Shown: in pieces, positions 8,597 through 12,891 of the stretch
Layout: the number at the start of each line of letters is the position of its first letter
How positions within the stretch are numbered: position 1 is the stretch's first letter
IMG/VR virus record: IMGVR_UViG_2526164631_000017
Origin: a virus
Taxonomy: Duplodnaviria > Heunggongvirae > Uroviricota > Caudoviricetes
Reading direction: 5' to 3' (one strand)
DNA: 12,891 bases
Made by a program: the position numbers and the translations under genes
Notes under the pieces: generated by a model
The model's database searches: none
The model's input: only the letters and a program-made list of their open reading frames with translations
What the model was told of the DNA's origin: nothing

Positions 8597-9027
8597 ACTT
8601 TGCCCTCAGACTGGCGCGTGAGATGGGGAGACCCGACTGGCGCGCCATGCTTGCCGGGATGACATCCACCGAATATGCCGACTGGCACCGTTTTTACCGC
8701 ACGCATTATTTTCAGGATACCCAGCTGGATATGCATTTTTCCGGGCTGACGTACGCTGTACTCAGCCTGTTTTTTTGCGATCCGGATATGCATCCCTCTG
8801 ATTTCAGTCTGCTGGCACCCCGACGTGATGATGAGCAGACGGAGATGCCGGATGAGGACGATATGCTGATGCGGAAAGCGGCAGGTCTTTCTGGTGGTGT
8901 CCGCTTTGGGGCTGACGGGAAGGAAATCGTTATGGTCAGTGATGACATGCGGAGCAGTACAGAGGATGAAGCCATGCTGATGATGGTGTCTGAGGGAATT
9001 CCAGGAGGTGTACGCTATGGCGGGTAA
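8165..9027 (+). CDS. T: Tail assembly chaperone G-T fusion made by programmed -1 ribosomal frameshift (slip at 8572-8578; T-frame part 8578-9027)
   Basis: Slippery heptamer G GGA AAG at 8572-8578 in the G frame, near the end of G. The -1 frame is open from there to TAA at 9025-9027 (VFDGELNFALRLAREMGRPDWRAMLAGMTS...), and the 8623-9027 track ORF is its tail. Same arrangement as lambda G/G-T. Confidence 0.85.
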
Positions 9028-11623
9028 TTTTGCCGATCTGACAGCTGTTCTTACACTGGATTCAACCCGTTTTTCTGAAGAGGCTGCACGGGTAAAGAAA
9101 GAACTGGGTGAAGCCAGTGACCTTGCGGATTTGATGGCCGTGCGTGTCAGCCAGTCTTTTAAGAAACAGGCCGCTGCTGTTGAGCAGGGGCTGAGCCGTC
9201 AGGCGCTGGCTGCACAAAAAGCCGGGATTTCCGTCGGGCAGTATAAAGCGGCCATGCGTACGCTACCCATGCAGTTCACCGACGTGACCACGCAGCTTGC
9301 CGGTGGTCAGAATCCCTGGCTAATTCTGCTGCAACAGGGCGGGCAGATTAAGGACTCGTTCGGTGGGATGATCCCCATGTTCCGGGGACTGGCTGGGGCC
9401 GTCTCGCTGCCTGCTGTCGGAATTGGTGCGCTTGCTGCTGCCACGGGGGTGCTGGCGTATGCCTGGTACCGGGGCGACGCCACGCTTTCAGAATTTAATA
9501 AAACGCTGGTTCTTTCCGGTAATCAGTCCGGACTGACTGCCGATCGCATGCTGACGCTCTCCAGAGCCGGACAGGCCGCGGGGCTGACGTTTAACCAGGC
9601 GAGAGAGTCACTGGCAGCCATGGTGAATGCCGGTGTGCGTGGTGGTGAACAGTTTGATGCCATCAACCAGAGTGTCGCGCGTTTTGCTTCTGCATCCGAC
9701 GTGGAGGTGGACAAGGTTGCAGAGGCTTTCGGAAAACTGACCACTGACCCGACGTCGGGGCTGATTGCGATGGCGAAGCTGTTCCATAACGTGACGGCAG
9801 AGCAGATTGCGTATGTTGCACAGTTACAGCGTTCCGGTGATGAGGCCGGGGCATTGCAGGCGGCGAACGATATTGCCACGAAAGGCTTTGATGAGCAGAC
9901 CCGTCGCCTGAAAGAAAACATGGGGACGCTGGAGACCTGGGCGGATAAAACAGGGAAGGCGTTCAAATCGATGTGGGATGCCATCCTGGATATCGGTCGT
10001 CCGGAATCCTCAGCGGATATGCTCGCCAGTGCGCAGAAGGCATTTGATGAGGCGGATAAAAAATGGCAGTGGTACCAGAGCCGGAGCCAGCGCCGCGGTA
10101 AAACCTCCTCTTTCCGGGCCAACCTTCAGGGCGCATGGGATGACCGGGAAAATGCCCGTCTGGGTCTGGCAGCGGCAACGCTGCAGTCGGATATGGAAAA
10201 AGCCGGTGAACTGGCGGCAAGGGACAGGGCTGAGCGTGAGTCGTCACAGCTGAAGTATACCGGAGAGGCGCAGAAGGCGTATGAGCGCCTGCTGACGCCA
10301 CTGGAGAAATATACCGCCCGGCAGGAAGAGCTGAATAAGGCCCTGAAAGACGGAAAAATCCTGCAGGCGGATTACAACACGCTGATGGCGTCGGCAAAAA
10401 AGGATTATGAATCGACGCAGAAAAAGCCGTCAGGTGTGAAGGTGTCTGCCGGTGAGCGCCAGGAAGACCGGGCGCATGCAGCCATGCTGTCGCTTGAAAC
10501 TGAGCTCAGGACGCTGGAGAAGCACAGCGGTGCGAATGAAAAAATCAGCCAGCAGCGCCGGGATTTATGGAAAGCGGAAAATCAGTATGTGGTCCTGAAA
10601 GAGGCCGCCACGAAACGGCAGTTATCTGAGCAGGAAAAATCCCTGCTGGCTCATGAGAAAGAGACGCTGGAGTACAAACGCCAGCTGGCTGAGCTGGGCG
10701 ACAAGGTTGAACACCAGAAACGGCTGAATGAGCTGGCACAGCAGGCGGCGCGGTTTGAACAGCAGCAGAGTGCGAAGCAGGCGGCAATCAGCGCAAAAGC
10801 CCGCGGACTCACCGACCGTCAGGCGCAGCGGGAGTCGGAAGAGCAGCGCCTTCGTGAGGTGTACGGTGATAATCCGGATGCGCTGGCGAAGGCCACATCT
10901 GCACTGAAGAACACCTGGTCTGCGGAGGAGCAGCTTCGTGGAAGCTGGATGGCCGGGATGAAGTCCGGCTGGGGTGAGTGGGCGGAAAGTGCGACGGACA
11001 GTTTTTCGCAGGTTAAAAGCGTGGCCACGCAGACCTTTGACGGTATTGCACAGAATATGGCAGCGATGCTGACCGGCAGTGAGCAGAACTGGCGCAGCTT
11101 CACCCGTTCCGTGCTGTCCATGATGACAGAAATTCTGCTTAAGCAGGCAATGGTGGGGATTGTCGGGAGTATCGGTAGCGCCATTGGCGGGGCTGTTGGT
11201 GGCGGCGCATCCGCATCAGGCGGTACAGCCATTCAGGCAGCTGCGGCGAAATTCCATTTTGCAACCGGAGGATTTACGGGAACCGGCGGCAAATATGAGC
11301 CAGCGGGAATTGTTCACCGCGGTGAATTCGTCTTCACGAAGGAGGCAACCAGACGGATTGGCGTGGGGAATCTCTACCGGCTGATGCGCGGCTATGCCAC
11401 CGGCGGTTATGTCGGTACACCGGGCAGCATGGCGGACAGCCGGTCGCAGGCGTCCGGGACGTTTGAGCAGAATAACCATGTGGTGATTAACAACGACGGC
11501 ACGAACGGTCAGATAGGGCCACAGGCACTGAAGGCTGTTTATGACGTAGCCCGTAAGGCGGCAATGGATGTTGTGACCGGGCAGATGCGCGATGGTGGTC
11601 TGTTCTCCGGAGGTGGACGATGA
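9017..11623 (+). CDS. H: Tail tape measure protein H
   Basis: About 868 aa; N- and C-terminal thirds closely match lambda gpH as recalled (QALAAQKAGISVGQYKAAMR, LILLQQGGQ, C-terminal GGFTGTGGKYEPAGIVHRGEFVFTKEAT). ATG 9017 with AGGAGG at 9003-9008 preferred over the GTG 9008 track start. Confidence 0.92.
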   Translation: MAGNFADLTAVLTLDSTRFSEEAARVKKELGEASDLADLMAVRVSQSFKKQAAAVEQGLSRQALAAQKAGISVGQYKAAMRTLPMQFTDVTTQLAGGQNPWLILLQQGGQIKDSFGGMIPMFRGLAGAVSLPAVGIGALAAATGVLAYAWYRGDATLSEFNKTLVLSGNQSGLTADRMLTLSRAGQAAGLTFNQARESLAAMVNAGVRGGEQFDAINQSVARFASASDVEVDKVAEAFGKLTTDPTSGLIAMAKLFHNVTAEQIAYVAQLQRSGDEAGALQAANDIATKGFDEQTRRLKENMGTLETWADKTGKAFKSMWDAILDIGRPESSADMLASAQKAFDEADKKWQWYQSRSQRRGKTSSFRANLQGAWDDRENARLGLAAATLQSDMEKAGELAARDRAERESSQLKYTGEAQKAYERLLTPLEKYTARQEELNKALKDGKILQADYNTLMASAKKDYESTQKKPSGVKVSAGERQEDRAHAAMLSLETELRTLEKHSGANEKISQQRRDLWKAENQYVVLKEAATKRQLSEQEKSLLAHEKETLEYKRQLAELGDKVEHQKRLNELAQQAARFEQQQSAKQAAISAKARGLTDRQAQRESEEQRLREVYGDNPDALAKATSALKNTWSAEEQLRGSWMAGMKSGWGEWAESATDSFSQVKSVATQTFDGIAQNMAAMLTGSEQNWRSFTRSVLSMMTEILLKQAMVGIVGSIGSAIGGAVGGGASASGGTAIQAAAAKFHFATGGFTGTGGKYEPAGIVHRGEFVFTKEATRRIGVGNLYRLMRGYATGGYVGTPGSMADSRSQASGTFEQNNHVVINNDGTNGQIGPQALKAVYDVARKAAMDVVTGQMRDGGLFSGGGR

Positions 11624-11949
11624 AAACCTTCCGCTGGAAAGTGAAACCCGGTATGGATGTGGCTTCTGCCCCTTCCGTAAGAAAGGTGCGCTTTGGTGAT
11701 GGCTATTCCCAGCGAGCGCCTGCCGGGCTGAACACTGACCTGAAAACGTACAGCGTGACGCTTTCTGTTCCCCGTTGGGAGGCCGCGGCGCTGGAGTCGT
11801 TTCTGGCTGAGCACGGGGGCTGGAAGGCCTTTCTGTGGACGCCGCCTTATGGCTACCGGCAGATAAAGGTGACCTGCGCAAAATGGTCGTCGCGGGTCAG
11901 TATGCTGCGTGTTGAGTTCAGCGCAGAGTTTGAACAGGTGGTGAACTGA
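11620..11949 (+). CDS. M: Minor tail protein M
   Basis: 109 aa; MKTFRWKVKPGMDVAS...KVTCAKWSSRVSMLRVEFSAEFEQVVN near-identical to lambda gpM as recalled. Start overlaps the H stop (ATGA). Confidence 0.93.
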   Translation: MKTFRWKVKPGMDVASAPSVRKVRFGDGYSQRAPAGLNTDLKTYSVTLSVPRWEAAALESFLAEHGGWKAFLWTPPYGYRQIKVTCAKWSSRVSMLRVEFSAEFEQVVN

Positions 11950-12549
11950 TGCAGGATATCCGACAGGAAACACTGAATGAATGCACCCGTGCGGAGCAGT
12001 CTGCCAGCGTGGTGCTCTGGGAAATCGACCTGACAGAGGTCGGTGGAGAACGTTATTTTTTCTGTAATGAGCAGAACGAAAAAGGTGAGCCGGTCACCTG
12101 GCAGGGGCGACAGTATCAGCCGTATCCCATTCAGGGGAGTGGTTTTGAACTGAATGGCAAAGGCACCAGTACGCGCCCCACGCTGACGGTTTCTAACCTG
12201 TACGGTATGGTCACCGGCATGGCGGAAGATATGCAGAGTCTGGTCGGCGGAACGGTGGTCAGGCGTAAGGTTTACGCCCGTTTTCTGGATGCGGTGAATT
12301 TCGTCAACGGAAACAGCGACGCCGATCCGGAGCAGGAGGTGATCAGCCGCTGGCGCATCGAGCAGTGCAGCGAACTGAGCGCGGTCAGTGCCTCCTTTGT
12401 ACTGTCCACGCCGACGGAAACGGACGGCGCTGTTTTTCCGGGACGTATCATGCTGGCCAACACCTGCACCTGGACCTATCGCGGCGATGAGTGCGGTTAT
12501 CACGGTCCGGCGGTCGCGGATGAATATGACCAGCCAACGTCCGATATCA
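11949..12549 (+). pseudogene. L: Minor tail protein L, 3'-truncated by IS insertion
   Basis: First ~200 aa match lambda gpL as recalled (MQDIRQETLNECTRAEQSASVVLWEIDL...GPAVADEYDQPTSDI). Homology stops at 12549, where the IS terminal repeat begins, and the ORF then reads 35 unrelated codons to a stop at 12659. The Cys-rich C-terminal region recalled for lambda gpL is missing. Confidence 0.85.
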
Positions 12550-12575
12550 GTAAGCGGCTCGCCAGAACCGTATTG
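12550..12575 (-). repeat. Terminal inverted repeat (IRR-like) of the right IS66-family copy
   Basis: GTAAGCGGCTCGCCAGAACCGTATTG begins exactly where gpL homology ends; GTAA terminus; imperfect match to the left repeat. Confidence 0.65.
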
Positions 12576-12579
12576 ATAT

Positions 12580-12891
12580 TTACTGAGAGGTCAGATCAAC
12601 TTTCCAGGGCAACAGATCGCGTACCCGGTTTGCCGGCCAATCCTGGATATGCTCAATGACGTAACGCAGCCATTTTTCTGGTTCCACATTGTTCAGACGG
12701 CATGTGCCGATCAGCGAGTACAACACCGCCGCATGTTCGCCACCGCTGTCGGAACCCGCGAACAGCCAGTTTTTCCGGCCTACGGCCACTCCCCGTAAGG
12801 CGTTCTCTGCGATGTTGTTGTCGATTTCCACCCAGCCATTACTGCAGTACACGTTCAGGCCATCCCACTGTTTCAGCAGGTATGCGAACGC
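12580..12891 (-). CDS. tnpC: IS66-family transposase (TnpC), C-terminal part; gene starts beyond the window end
   Basis: Translation ...VEIDNNIAENALRGVAVGRKNWLFAGSDSGGEHAAVLYSLIGTCRLNNVEPEKWLRYVIEHIQDWPANRVRDLLPW is the conserved C-terminal signature of IS66-family transposases. The reading frame stays open upstream of the tracked start to the window edge. Confidence 0.88.
   Translation of the reverse strand, partial: AFAYLLKQWDGLNVYCSNGWVEIDNNIAENALRGVAVGRKNWLFAGSDSGGEHAAVLYSLIGTCRLNNVEPEKWLRYVIEHIQDWPANRVRDLLPWKVDLTSQ

Larger units (their letters stand above)
12550..12891 (-). mobile_element. IS66-family insertion sequence, right copy (partial; continues beyond the window end)
   Basis: Terminal repeat at 12550 plus the transposase C-terminus on the minus strand ending 30 bp inside the end. 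Confidence 0.85.

Noticed and set aside
8005-8793. 262-aa minus-strand ORF antisense to the V, G and T genes
   Set aside because: Lies entirely opposite strongly supported coding sequence; Ser/Arg/Cys-rich low-complexity translation with no recognisable motifs; typical of spurious antisense frames.
8623-9027. Independent 134-aa ORF starting with ATG at 8623
   Set aside because: It is the distal part of the -1 frame T segment, expressed as a G-T fusion rather than from its own start.
11216-12503. Minus-strand ORFs of 221, 144 and 216 aa antisense to gpH, gpM and gpL
   Set aside because: Same reasoning: antisense to near-lambda-identical genes, Arg/Ser/Pro-rich, no start-site signals.
366-12549. 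Segment as a simple composite transposon with matching 8-bp target duplications
   Set aside because: The 8 bp abutting the two inner IS ends differ, but composite-transposon duplications would flank the outer ends, which are outside the window; cannot be judged here.
1-12891. Novel defence, toxin or cargo system hidden in the window
   Set aside because: Every sizeable plus-strand ORF is accounted for by phage morphogenesis or IS genes. Intergenic space is minimal except 5667-5753. I see no CRISPR repeats, tRNA-like sequences or orphan ORFs with enzymatic motifs. Accessory loci of lambdoid prophages usually lie outside the head–tail operon.

Overview
This window is the late structural (head–tail) operon of a lambdoid prophage, all on the + strand, bounded at both ends by partial copies of an IS66-family insertion sequence. 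I did not find a novel defence or cargo system: every sizeable + strand ORF is accounted for by phage morphogenesis, and the operon is compact with no inserted accessory gene. Gene order is: terminase large subunit (5'-truncated by the left IS) – gpW-like – portal – a long ClpP-like protease/scaffold/capsid fusion – small DUF2190-like protein – small connector-like protein – then a tail module that matches phage lambda closely from memory (Z, U, V, G/G-T with the GGGAAAG -1 frameshift site, H tape measure, M, and L, which is 3'-truncated by the right IS). Both IS copies are on the - strand in the same orientation, with imperfect terminal repeats beginning GTAAGCG at 365 and 12550. The most interesting features are the IS-bounded, doubly disrupted and probably defective prophage module, the head/tail mosaic, and the fused protease–capsid gene. 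All homology statements rest on reading the translations and on recall of lambda proteins; no database search was run.
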